Origin: Bacteroidales bacterium
GTDB lineage: Bacteria > Bacteroidota > Bacteroidia > Bacteroidales > WCHB1-69
Assembly (NCBI GenBank): GCA_017549765.1
Contig: JAFYNM010000029.1
Coordinates: forward strand, 93,720 to 157,719
DNA length: 64,000 nt
Reading direction: 5' to 3'
Under the pieces are notes generated by a model. That model was not told the DNA's origin and did no database searches. It worked only from the letters and a program-made list of their open reading frames with translations. Below are positions 35,909-46,145 of the stretch, piece after piece. The position numbers were made by a program, and so were the translations under genes. Positions within the stretch are counted from its first letter, which is position 1, and each line of letters opens with the position of its first letter.

Positions 35909-36531
35909 CATTTTATTACTTTACAAAGATACATCTATAATCATTAAAATTCAGATTGTTTATAACATCTTGATTGATTAATTTAGATAAGTATTATAAT
36001 ATATTTATTTTCAGTATATTATTATAAATATCAATAAATAACACAAGATGTTAATTACAAATACACAATTAGTTGATATCATACTTTATTTAAAAAACGT
36101 ATTTATATTAGAAACCAATTACTTATATGTAAACAACAACGATAATTCCATTAATATTACCGAACCGAGATGGAGGATAACGTCAAGTCGGGTTTGGGAA
36201 TTCAACAATGCAAATACTTGACATTTGTTTTATCAATCGACAAGACCTATTAGTTGCAAAAATTATTTACAATAATAAAATCGCATAACGATTCTTGTTT
36301 TGACAAAAATAAAAATATTATATATGTTACAGGTGCAAACTGCAATAGCGACATGTTAAATATGGAATATGATTGTGTAGCGTGTATCACTTTGATCAAA
36401 ACATGATTTTTCATATTTCGCACTCTGATGAGGATGTAATTGCAATATTCAATTCTCAGCGAGTTATTGTCCCCACCCTATTTTGATTATTTTTATCGAA
36501 CGAATAGATGCTTTGGTGTCAGTTTTTTCTA
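35909..36531. other. Extremely AT-rich spacer with no annotated gene
   Basis: Hand counts give 10/60 G+C for 35941-36000 and 11/60 for 36061-36120, against 30/60 for tpiA at 36781-36840. The track has no ORF of 60 aa or more here apart from an antisense shadow of tpiA. Confidence 0.9.
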
Positions 36532-36539
36532 TATCTTTG
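36532..36539 (+). promoter_or_regulatory. -7 box TATCTTTG for tpiA
   Basis: Exact consensus match, 46 nt upstream of ATG 36586. Confidence 0.5.
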
Positions 36540-36585
36540 CAACCATATTTTTATAAAGAATAATCATCAATAAATCAAGAATAAT

Positions 36586-37368
36586 ATGAAACCTAAAATC
36601 GTCATTGGAAACTGGAAAATGAACAAAGGCTTTGAAGAGGCCGAAGATCTGATTAGTGAAATCGAGGAGAAGTTGCAGGATTACAACTTTGAGACTGAGA
36701 TTGTTTTGTGTCCGCCCATGCTCTATGCGGAATTGGTCACTGATCATGCCAACGAGGAAGGCAGCCAGTTCTATGCCGGCGTTCAGAATGTCAGTGAGTT
36801 TGAGAATGGCGCCTATACGGGCGAAGTGTCTGCTGAGATGCTGGCGGGCATGGATGTCTCCTTCTGCATCGTAGGCCATTCCGAGCGCAGAAAATACTTT
36901 GGCGAGACCAACGAGATCGTTTTGAAGAAAATGCTCCGCCTGTTGACAAACGACATAGTGCCCGTCATGTGCTGTGGCGAGACCCTGGAAGAGCGCAAGG
37001 CTGAGAAACACTTCGATGTGGTGCAGAAACAGATTGAAGAGACCATCTACCAGCTGACACCCAAGCAGTTGGAGTCAACCATGATTGCCTACGAGCCTAT
37101 CTGGGCCATCGGCACGGGCGAGACTGCCACTCCTGATCAGGCTCAAGAGATGCTGGCCTTCATCCGTTCTCTGATCGAGAAGAAGTTCGGTACTGAGATG
37201 GCCGTCAACACCTATATATTATATGGTGGCAGCTGCAACGGCAAGAACGCGCTCGAACTCTTCAGTCAGCCCGATGTGGACGGTGGTCTTATCGGTGGCG
37301 CCTCCCTGAAAGCAGACGAGTTTATGAAAATCATCGAGGCGGGCGAGACCGTCATCAAAGAGAACTAA
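36586..37368 (+). CDS. tpiA: Triosephosphate isomerase
   Basis: 260 aa. GNWKMN, VGHSERR and AYEPIWAIGTG motifs. Confidence 0.95.
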   Translation: MKPKIVIGNWKMNKGFEEAEDLISEIEEKLQDYNFETEIVLCPPMLYAELVTDHANEEGSQFYAGVQNVSEFENGAYTGEVSAEMLAGMDVSFCIVGHSERRKYFGETNEIVLKKMLRLLTNDIVPVMCCGETLEERKAEKHFDVVQKQIEETIYQLTPKQLESTMIAYEPIWAIGTGETATPDQAQEMLAFIRSLIEKKFGTEMAVNTYILYGGSCNGKNALELFSQPDVDGGLIGGASLKADEFMKIIEAGETVIKEN

Positions 37369-37369
37369 C

Positions 37370-39406
37370 ATGCGCAACTGGCTGAGCATCTGGCTTCTGC
37401 TGATTCTCCTCTTCTCTGGCACCAACCTGTTCGCCCAAGAAGAGGAGGATCCTTGTGTGCAGACCATGGACAAGGCCAGTGAGAAACTCTTCAAGAAAGC
37501 CCGCGATCTTCAGAAGAGCGGCAAGAAAGCGGAGGCATACGAGCTATACGATGAGATTCTGGAGGATCATCCCGAATACTTAGCCGTCAATTACTACTAT
37601 GCTATGGGATTGTATGGTCCGTTGGAGCAAAACGACTATCATCCTATCAAGAAGGACAAGTCGGATTTGACCAAGGCGTTGGCGGCGTTCAACAGAATGT
37701 ACGACGTATGTCCTTATTACAAGGCGCATTGCAACCTCTATGCAGCGCGGCTGGCGTACGCCAACGAGATATTCCCGGAAGCCATCAAGTTCGCGTCTGT
37801 CATCGTGGATAACCCCGACCTTTTCAACAAGCCCACCGACACGGCAAAGCTCACGGAGGCGCAGCTGCTCATCCGCAAGGCGCGTTTCTACGACAATATC
37901 CTGAACCATCCGGTCCCCTTTGATCCCAAGCCGGTGGCAGGCATCTCCACCAAATATGATGAATATCTCGGAACCTTGTCCCCAGACGGCTCCCTGTTCT
38001 ACTTCACCCGCCGCAAAGAGGTGCCGGTGCAGACGGCCTTCGGCAACAGCGATGGCGAGACCGAACGTAGGGAGTTCTTCTCCCAGAGCGCATTGAAGAA
38101 CGGCCATTTCCAGACCGGTGCACCCCTCCCCGACCCTTTCAACCTCTCCAAGAGCGAGGGCAGTCCCACCATCAACATCACCAACGATCTGCTCATCTTC
38201 ACCCGTCTGATGCCCACCACCAACAGTCGAGGGGTCACCTATCAGAACTATGACCTCTACTACTCGGAGCGCATTGGAGACGAGTGGACAGAGCCCAAGA
38301 GTCTGGGATCCAACATCAACACACCCAATTCGTGGGAGTCACAGGCCTCGTTGAGCTCAGACGGCAAAATTCTCTTTTTCGCTTCCGACCGTCCCGGCGG
38401 CTTCGGCGGCTCCGACATCTGGTATTCCCAGCGCAACAGCGACGGCTCCTGGCGCAAACCCATCAACTTGGGACCTAAGATCAACACCGAAGGGGACGAA
38501 CGATCCCCCTTCCTGCATACCGACAGCAAGACGCTCTACTTCTCCTCTTCCGGCTTTGACGGTATCGGAGGACAAGACATCTTCTTCTCGAAACTCGATG
38601 CCAATGGCAAATGGAGTGATCCTATCAACATCGGCTACCCCATCAATACAGAGAAAGACGAGGTGGACTTCTTCGTCAGTCTGGACGGTGCCACCGGCTA
38701 CTTCTCTTCCAACAGCTATGGCGACCACGACTGGAACATCTACGAGTTCGACCTGTACGAGGATGCGCGTCCCCACAAGATGCTCATCGTCAAGGGCTCT
38801 GTCACGGCTGATGACGACGAGTTGGAGAATGCCGTGGTAGAGATTCGCGACACGGCTGCCAAGGTCATCGCCACGGGCGTGGTCAGTGCCAACAACAAGC
38901 AATACGCTGTGGCCACCGAAGTACCCAAAGAGGATGCCGCACCGCTCATCGTGACCGTCAAGAAGGAGGGCCACTCATACGATGCGCAGGTCATCACGTC
39001 CGAGCAGATCGCCACCCAGCCCATCATCACCAAAGATGCGGAGATCAAGTCCATCGAGACCGGCAAAGTCTGCGATCTGAAGGACATCTACTACCAGACC
39101 AACTCTTACACGCTGACGCAGGCCTCGCAGGTCATCATCAATCTCTTTGTGGAGTTCTTGCGCGACAACCCGACCGTCAAGGTGGAGATCCAGGGTCATA
39201 CCGATGACGTTGGCAATGACAAAGACAACCAGATCTTGTCTGAGCGGCGTGCCAAGGCGGTCTATGACCTGGTCGTCAGCAAGGGAGTATCGGCTGATCG
39301 TTTACGATACAAAGGTTATGGCGAGTCGCAGCCCATCGCCGACAACAGCACGGCTGCCGGCAGAGCCAAGAATAGAAGAACCGTTTTCCTGATTTATGAG
39401 CAATAA
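37370..39406 (+). CDS. OmpA-family protein with TPR, TolB-like (PD40) beta-propeller repeats and a C-terminal OmpA peptidoglycan-binding domain
   Basis: 678 aa with a signal peptide. PD40-like repeats: SPDGSLFYFTR, SSDGKILFFASDRPGGFGGSDIWYS, HTDSKTLYFSS. OmpA_C: VEIQGHTDDVGNDKDNQILSERRAKAV...GYGESQP...NRRTVF. It starts 1 nt after the tpiA stop. Confidence 0.85.
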   Translation: MRNWLSIWLLLILLFSGTNLFAQEEEDPCVQTMDKASEKLFKKARDLQKSGKKAEAYELYDEILEDHPEYLAVNYYYAMGLYGPLEQNDYHPIKKDKSDLTKALAAFNRMYDVCPYYKAHCNLYAARLAYANEIFPEAIKFASVIVDNPDLFNKPTDTAKLTEAQLLIRKARFYDNILNHPVPFDPKPVAGISTKYDEYLGTLSPDGSLFYFTRRKEVPVQTAFGNSDGETERREFFSQSALKNGHFQTGAPLPDPFNLSKSEGSPTINITNDLLIFTRLMPTTNSRGVTYQNYDLYYSERIGDEWTEPKSLGSNINTPNSWESQASLSSDGKILFFASDRPGGFGGSDIWYSQRNSDGSWRKPINLGPKINTEGDERSPFLHTDSKTLYFSSSGFDGIGGQDIFFSKLDANGKWSDPINIGYPINTEKDEVDFFVSLDGATGYFSSNSYGDHDWNIYEFDLYEDARPHKMLIVKGSVTADDDELENAVVEIRDTAAKVIATGVVSANNKQYAVATEVPKEDAAPLIVTVKKEGHSYDAQVITSEQIATQPIITKDAEIKSIETGKVCDLKDIYYQTNSYTLTQASQVIINLFVEFLRDNPTVKVEIQGHTDDVGNDKDNQILSERRAKAVYDLVVSKGVSADRLRYKGYGESQPIADNSTAAGRAKNRRTVFLIYEQ

Positions 39407-40718
39407 GACCATCTATTTTCTCGGCATCGGCGGCATCGGTATGAGTGCCCTGGCGCAATATTATCTGCACGAAGGGGATACCGTGCATGGCTACGACCTG
39501 ACGCCCTCCCCTATCACCGAACGGCTCTCGCAGATGGGTGCCGTGATTCATTACGAGGAAGACTGCTCAAAGATTCCCGCACAGGTGGATATGGTGGTGG
39601 TGACGCCCGCCGTCCCCAAGGAGCATGCCGAATACCAATATTTTCTGAAGCGTGGTGTCAAGATGCACAAGCGCTCCGAGGTGTTGGGCCACATCGCTGA
39701 TGCACTCCCCACCATCGCCGTTGCGGGCACACATGGCAAGACGACCACCACCTCGCTGGTGGCCCATCTGCTCTCGCCCCAAGAGCCCATCGCCGGTTTC
39801 ATCGGGGGCGTCGCCAAGAACTTCGACAGCAACTTCGTCTATAACGACCCGCCTCAATATGCCGTGGTCGAGGCCGATGAGTACGACCGTTCCTTCCTGA
39901 CGCTGCACCCTGCTGCCGCCATCATCACTTCCATGGATGCCGACCATCTTGACATCTACGGCACCCGCGAGAATCTGATCGCCGCCTTCGGACAGTTCGG
40001 CCAGCAGAGCCGCTATCTCATAGCAGAACAACGCATTGCGTCACTGTTGACGCATCCTAATATGGTCACCTACGGCTTTCAGCCGGAGGCCGACTATTAT
40101 GCCTATCATGTGGATATAAAGCCCAACGCCCTGACCTTTGATTTGCGGATGCCTGAGGGAGAGTGGAAAGCGTTGCGCTTGCGCGCCAACGGACTCTACA
40201 ACGTCTTGAACGCTACTGCTGCCATCGCTGCGGTGCGCCATACTACCAATGTCTCGGAAGACTGTATCCGGGAGAAACTGGCCTCCTTTTCGGGGGTCAA
40301 ACGCCGCTTTGAATATGTGGTCGAGCGTCCCGACTTCATCTATATCGATGACTACGCCCATCATCCCCAGGAAATCCAGTCGGTGCTGACGGCCGTGCGG
40401 GAGCTCTATCCCGACAAAAAGCTCACCTGTATCTTCCAACCACATCTGTACAGTCGCACCCGAGACCTGGCAGACGGTTTCGCCACCGTGTTGTCGATGG
40501 CCGACAAGGTCATCCTCTTGCCCATCTATCCAGCTCGGGAGCTGCCCATCGAAGGCATCACCTCGGAATGGCTGTTAGACAAGGTCACCCAGCCCGACAA
40601 GCTTCTGTTGCAGAAATCAGAGCTTATCCCCTACCTGCAACAACACCCACAGGAGTTGCTCTTGACGGTAGGTGCCGGCGACATTGACCGACTGGTACCG
40701 CAGATTGCAAAGTTGTGA
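39396..40718 (+). CDS. murC: Mur ligase, UDP-N-acetylmuramate--L-alanine ligase (MurC-like)
   Basis: 440 aa. N-terminal YFLGIGGIGMSALAQYY. P-loop AVAGTHGKTTTTS. Overlaps the OmpA-family gene by 11 nt. Confidence 0.75.
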   Translation: MSNKTIYFLGIGGIGMSALAQYYLHEGDTVHGYDLTPSPITERLSQMGAVIHYEEDCSKIPAQVDMVVVTPAVPKEHAEYQYFLKRGVKMHKRSEVLGHIADALPTIAVAGTHGKTTTTSLVAHLLSPQEPIAGFIGGVAKNFDSNFVYNDPPQYAVVEADEYDRSFLTLHPAAAIITSMDADHLDIYGTRENLIAAFGQFGQQSRYLIAEQRIASLLTHPNMVTYGFQPEADYYAYHVDIKPNALTFDLRMPEGEWKALRLRANGLYNVLNATAAIAAVRHTTNVSEDCIREKLASFSGVKRRFEYVVERPDFIYIDDYAHHPQEIQSVLTAVRELYPDKKLTCIFQPHLYSRTRDLADGFATVLSMADKVILLPIYPARELPIEGITSEWLLDKVTQPDKLLLQKSELIPYLQQHPQELLLTVGAGDIDRLVPQIAKL

Positions 40719-40755
40719 CGGTCCGCACATCTACGGCGTGCAAGGAAAGGGGCGC

Positions 40756-41547
40756 TCAATCCTTCACACAGCGGACAGAATAACCGTTGTCCTTGTCGTT
40801 ACTGCCACGACTCAACATATTACTCGTGTTAAACATGTAATGATCATAGGCGTATGTACAACCATCGCATCCAGTGGCACCCCAAAAACATGCTTTGGTC
40901 CCTACAGGGACGTACCCATCGTGTCCAAAATGATTACCAGCAGGAAATGCATTGAAGCCAGAGGCATTGTTGGAACTTAATTCAAGACCTGGAGAACAAT
41001 TCACATTGCTGGATTCCCATTCAGAATTGGATGCCAAGCAACTGGCATAAGTACGGAAAAAAGAGAAGGTGTCGCACACGAATTCATCCTTATTAGAACA
41101 ATATGTCCTAAGCTGCTCCCACTCCGCATCACTGGGCAGGTGCCAACCGTCAGGACAAACACCTTGTGTGCCGCTGGGATTTGCTTCAGAGGAATTCGCT
41201 CGGTTCACGGCTGCCGGCCAGTTGTAAAAATAACCGTATTTGGACACATCAAAATCTTCGTCAGGATAATAGAGAAAGGGTTGTGTCAGACTTGTGTTGG
41301 TGCCGCCGAAAGGGATCTCCTCACCATTGGGAAAGTGTCTGACATGAAGGTTGGAAGCCATCCACACCTGTTGGCCTATGCGTACCGCATCATAGACATT
41401 GCCATCATAGTCGGTTACCGCATTGGGAATCAGTCCATCCATTTCAGTGACGGGATCATCTCCCGGTGTGGGTTCTGGTTCAGGTTCTCGGTCGCAGGAA
41501 AGGGCCACCAAGGCGGCCACACATAACAAAGAGAAGATCTTTTTCAT
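40756..41547 (-). CDS. FISUMP-domain lipoprotein
   Basis: 263 aa. Lipobox LVALSC. FISUMP signature: TDYDGNVYDAVRIGQQVWMASNL ... YFYNW ... GVCPDGWHLPSDAEWEQL ... GFNAFPAG ... NGYSVRCVKD. Paralogue of 24811..26232. Low GC: 23/60 for 40801-40860. Confidence 0.85.
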   Translation of the reverse strand: MKKIFSLLCVAALVALSCDREPEPEPTPGDDPVTEMDGLIPNAVTDYDGNVYDAVRIGQQVWMASNLHVRHFPNGEEIPFGGTNTSLTQPFLYYPDEDFDVSKYGYFYNWPAAVNRANSSEANPSGTQGVCPDGWHLPSDAEWEQLRTYCSNKDEFVCDTFSFFRTYASCLASNSEWESSNVNCSPGLELSSNNASGFNAFPAGNHFGHDGYVPVGTKACFWGATGCDGCTYAYDHYMFNTSNMLSRGSNDKDNGYSVRCVKD

Positions 41548-41706
41548 AGGAATTGATATTTAGGTTTTTAATAAAAGTGTATAAAATGATAATATTGCTT
41601 CGATAGTCCGCATCCCAAACGACGATACATTTTTTAAGACGAATATGTGGTGGAATTATTGCACCGATATAGTTACATTTTGGTCATTATATTACAATTA
41701 ATTTTA

Positions 41707-41714
41707 TATTTTTG
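41707..41714 (+). promoter_or_regulatory. -7 box TATTTTTG
   Basis: Exact consensus match. It lies inside the GTG-started track ORF (41647), which argues for the downstream ATG 41797 as the true start. Confidence 0.45.
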
Positions 41715-41796
41715 CACCATTGATAACCGCTTTGGTGTTAAAAGGACTTCGTACCAAGATCGGCGGCAACGCGGAGAAGTAAAAAATAGAGGTCCC

Positions 41797-43431
41797 ATGT
41801 ATTTTTTCGGAATGAAACATACAAGTAGTTATACTCATTGGATCGCATTGGTCTTGTTCACCGTGCTATACGTATGGACGCATAGTGCGCAAGCACAGCA
41901 GTTCAAGCTGGTGGAAGACACCGTAATGATCAACGCCGCCGATTATATCAGCCCGATTTCGGATTTTCAAATGAAATGGTCGGCCAAGTACCACGGCTAC
42001 TATTTCTGTATTTTTCTGGATCAACAAATCTATGATTTTTGGATGTCGAAGCATCGGTTGCTCGTCATATCCGAAGACGGAAAAGAGATTGTCGAGGTGA
42101 GCTTGCCCAAAGATTTTCAAAGAAACTACTATGGCGACCTTTTCGTGCGTCATGACACCCTTTTTCTTAGACCGTATCAGGATTGTGAAGAACAAAGCGG
42201 CTATTTTTTTGACATGGATGCTTGGCAATGGATGCCCGTGAAAGAGGTTTCTAATGTAATTTATGATGACGACCTATACAATGTCGCAACTATTGATGTG
42301 GGTGAATGGGGAAGTTATACTTGGTTTATGGAAAAGAAAGTGTCTAAAAAAGCTGTGCGCCAATACATTATGCCTGGTAAGTTGTCGCGTATCATCAAAA
42401 AAGACAGTGTCTATTATTTCATTCGAGGCATCCAAGTGGATACCATGATTTCTTTGAAAGGGAAGGCGCAGTTGTGTGAAAACAATCATACCTACGAGGC
42501 TGTTGTTCGTGATGGATGTGGATACCTATTTAGCCTTGGTAGCTGGAAAAGCCCGGACTCTCTAAGCACCACCCCAGTTCCTACCTTGTTTCATTTCACA
42601 GGCAGAGAAGATAAAGATAACTGGTGGAACGAGAGAACATACGACACGGTGTTCTCAGATGCATTCTTGACAAATGGGGAAATATACTATTTGGTGAACA
42701 CAAAGAAGAAAACCTATATAGCACAGCTTGAAGACGGAAAACTGCTTAACAAGTTTGACTTTGGGCGTAAATATCTTTTTTATCAATGTCACGATGGCTT
42801 TCGTGGGGACAATCCAGCCCCAAATCAATGTTTCAATCAATTTGAAGAGAATAAAAATTCGTACGGGTTGTTGGAAATCAAGGATACACTCATCCACATC
42901 TGCCATATTATTCATAACCAAGATTCACTGCCTCATATTGGTACAGATAACATCGATCCTTTGCTCCGATATCTTCTGAATCACCTTGACCAGTTGACCC
43001 TCTCACAAGCAGACAGCGTGGAAAAAGCATTGAAGGCCACTTGTCTGGGAGAGTTCAGAGAATTAGCCAACAACTATTTTCCAAAAAGCACTCAGACGAA
43101 CAAATATGGGAAAATGAGTTATTACACCGTGGTCGATAGCAAGAAAACCTTGTCGGTGGACTATTGTGTGCATAAGAGTGATTCTGTGGTCAAGGGAGTC
43201 TTTTTTGAGTGGGTGAAAACCAACAGTTACAATTCCGGCACCCGCAGCTCAGGGACGATGGACAACGTGAAACAAAAACATGCGCAAGTCTGTCAAATCC
43301 TGACACGACTGACAGGCCAAAAGCCTGTTCAAGCGGGCGAAAAGAGCAAATATTTGAAGTGGACACATCGTAACATCACAGTTGAACTATACGAAAATGG
43401 AAGAATGGTGATGTGTTTGAGCGAAGAATAG
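41797..43431 (+). CDS. Secreted hypothetical protein (no domain recognised)
   Basis: Start at ATG 41797 (or 41812, MKHTSSYTHWIALVLFTVLYVWTHSAQA, a signal-peptide-like N-terminus). Rich in W/Y/F/C. Low GC: 20/60 for 42241-42300. Confidence 0.7.
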   Translation: MYFFGMKHTSSYTHWIALVLFTVLYVWTHSAQAQQFKLVEDTVMINAADYISPISDFQMKWSAKYHGYYFCIFLDQQIYDFWMSKHRLLVISEDGKEIVEVSLPKDFQRNYYGDLFVRHDTLFLRPYQDCEEQSGYFFDMDAWQWMPVKEVSNVIYDDDLYNVATIDVGEWGSYTWFMEKKVSKKAVRQYIMPGKLSRIIKKDSVYYFIRGIQVDTMISLKGKAQLCENNHTYEAVVRDGCGYLFSLGSWKSPDSLSTTPVPTLFHFTGREDKDNWWNERTYDTVFSDAFLTNGEIYYLVNTKKKTYIAQLEDGKLLNKFDFGRKYLFYQCHDGFRGDNPAPNQCFNQFEENKNSYGLLEIKDTLIHICHIIHNQDSLPHIGTDNIDPLLRYLLNHLDQLTLSQADSVEKALKATCLGEFRELANNYFPKSTQTNKYGKMSYYTVVDSKKTLSVDYCVHKSDSVVKGVFFEWVKTNSYNSGTRSSGTMDNVKQKHAQVCQILTRLTGQKPVQAGEKSKYLKWTHRNITVELYENGRMVMCLSEE

Positions 43432-43503
43432 CATAGTTGCGTGTCTCCGACACGCCGCCACGAGGCCGCAAAAGAAAAAAATACGCCGTTCCCATTTTTT
43501 TCT

Positions 43504-43511
43504 TATCTTTG
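43504..43511 (+). promoter_or_regulatory. -7 box TATCTTTG for ddh-pckA
   Basis: Exact consensus match, 21 nt upstream of ATG 43533. Confidence 0.5.
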
Positions 43512-43532
43512 CGCTTCTAAAATTTTGAGCGT

Positions 43533-44393
43533 ATGCAGACAAAGATCGCCATCTTGGGATATGGCAACATAGGAAAAGCAGTGGAGCAGGCCGTATTGGT
43601 TGCCGAAGACATGCAACTGGTGGGCATCTACCATCATAACGACAATCTGGACAATATAGAGGCCGATGTGGTCGCCTTGTGCACCCCCACGCGTGAGGTG
43701 CCTGCCTTCGCGGAGCATTTCCTACAGCGCGGCATCGCCACCGTGGACAGTTTCGATATCCACGGACAGATCTACGACCTCCGTTCCCATTTGACCCCCA
43801 TCGCCAAGGAACATCAGGCGGTCAGCATCATCGCCGCCGGCTGGGATCCCGGTTCCGACTCCATGGTGCGTGCCCTCCTACAGGCTATCGCCCCCAAGGG
43901 TATCACCTACACCAACTTCGGTCCGGGCCGCAGCATGGGCCATACCGTGGCCGCCAAGGCCATCCCCGGCATCAAGGACGCCCTCTCCATGACCATCCCG
44001 CTGGGCACCGGCATCCATCGCCGCATGCTCTATGTGGAGCTGGAGGAGGGAGCCGACTTCGCCACCGTGGAGAAACTGCTGTTAGCCGATGACTACTTCG
44101 CACACGATGAGACGCACGTCATCCCCGTGCCCTCCATCGATGCCCTCAACAACGTGGCGCACGGTGTCCACCTGGTTCGCGACGGTGTCAGCGGCGAGAC
44201 CCACAACCAGCGTTTCGAGTTCAACATGAGCATCAACAACCCGGCCCTCACGGGTCAGGTGCTGGTGGCCTGCGCCCGCGCCGCCGTTAAGATGCGCGCA
44301 GAGCAACGCCATGGTGCCTTCACCATGATCGAGATCCCGCCCATCTATCTCCTGCCGGGCGAAGAAGAACAACTCATCCGCTCATTGGTATAA
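43533..44393 (+). CDS. ddh: meso-Diaminopimelate D-dehydrogenase
   Basis: 286 aa. N-terminal Rossmann KIAILGYGNIGKAV. AGWDPGSDS and FGPGRSMGH are typical of Ddh. Confidence 0.85.
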   Translation: MQTKIAILGYGNIGKAVEQAVLVAEDMQLVGIYHHNDNLDNIEADVVALCTPTREVPAFAEHFLQRGIATVDSFDIHGQIYDLRSHLTPIAKEHQAVSIIAAGWDPGSDSMVRALLQAIAPKGITYTNFGPGRSMGHTVAAKAIPGIKDALSMTIPLGTGIHRRMLYVELEEGADFATVEKLLLADDYFAHDETHVIPVPSIDALNNVAHGVHLVRDGVSGETHNQRFEFNMSINNPALTGQVLVACARAAVKMRAEQRHGAFTMIEIPPIYLLPGEEEQLIRSLV

Positions 44394-44423
44394 CCTTTGA
44401 TTATTAATTCAAAACAACCCAAT

Positions 44424-46046
<1,623 letters not shown>

Positions 46047-46057
46047 TATAAATGGCC

Positions 46058-46099
46058 ATTAGCTATTAGCTATTGGCTATTAGCTATTAGCTATTGGCC
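46058..46099. repeat. Heptamer tandem repeat (ATTAGCT ATTAGCT ATTGGCT) x2, i.e. a 21-nt unit duplicated
   Basis: Six consecutive heptamers start 12 nt after the pckA stop. The last unit is ATTGGCC. The array is preceded by the related AATGGCC. Confidence 0.9.
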
Positions 46100-46110
46100 T
46101 TTGACTTCTA

Positions 46111-46145
46111 ACTGATCACTGATAACTGATAACTGACAACTATCT
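46111..46145. repeat. Heptamer tandem repeat ACTGATC ACTGATA ACTGATA ACTGACA ACTATCT
   Basis: Five heptamers run directly into the ATG at 46146. The unit is a rotation of the TCACTGA unit at 34311. Confidence 0.9.

Noticed and set aside
36048-36221. 57-codon ATG ORF in the AT-rich spacer, considered as a called CDS
   Set aside because: There is no promoter box upstream, no recognisable motif, and a composition typical of translated AT-rich DNA (N/I/L/Y/T). I kept it only as a hypothesis within the spacer finding.
35844-36585. AT-rich spacer considered as the chromosomal origin (oriC)
   Set aside because: I found no cluster of DnaA boxes; the best partial matches to TTATCCACA are about 6/9. 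There is no dnaA or dnaN nearby, and recF is 13 kb away in an unrelated context. The idea is not excluded, but it is unsupported without genome-wide GC-skew analysis.
46058-46145. Tandem arrays considered as a possible CRISPR or mini-CRISPR
   Set aside because: The period is 7 nt with no spacers, and there is no cas gene in the window. These are simple tandem repeats.
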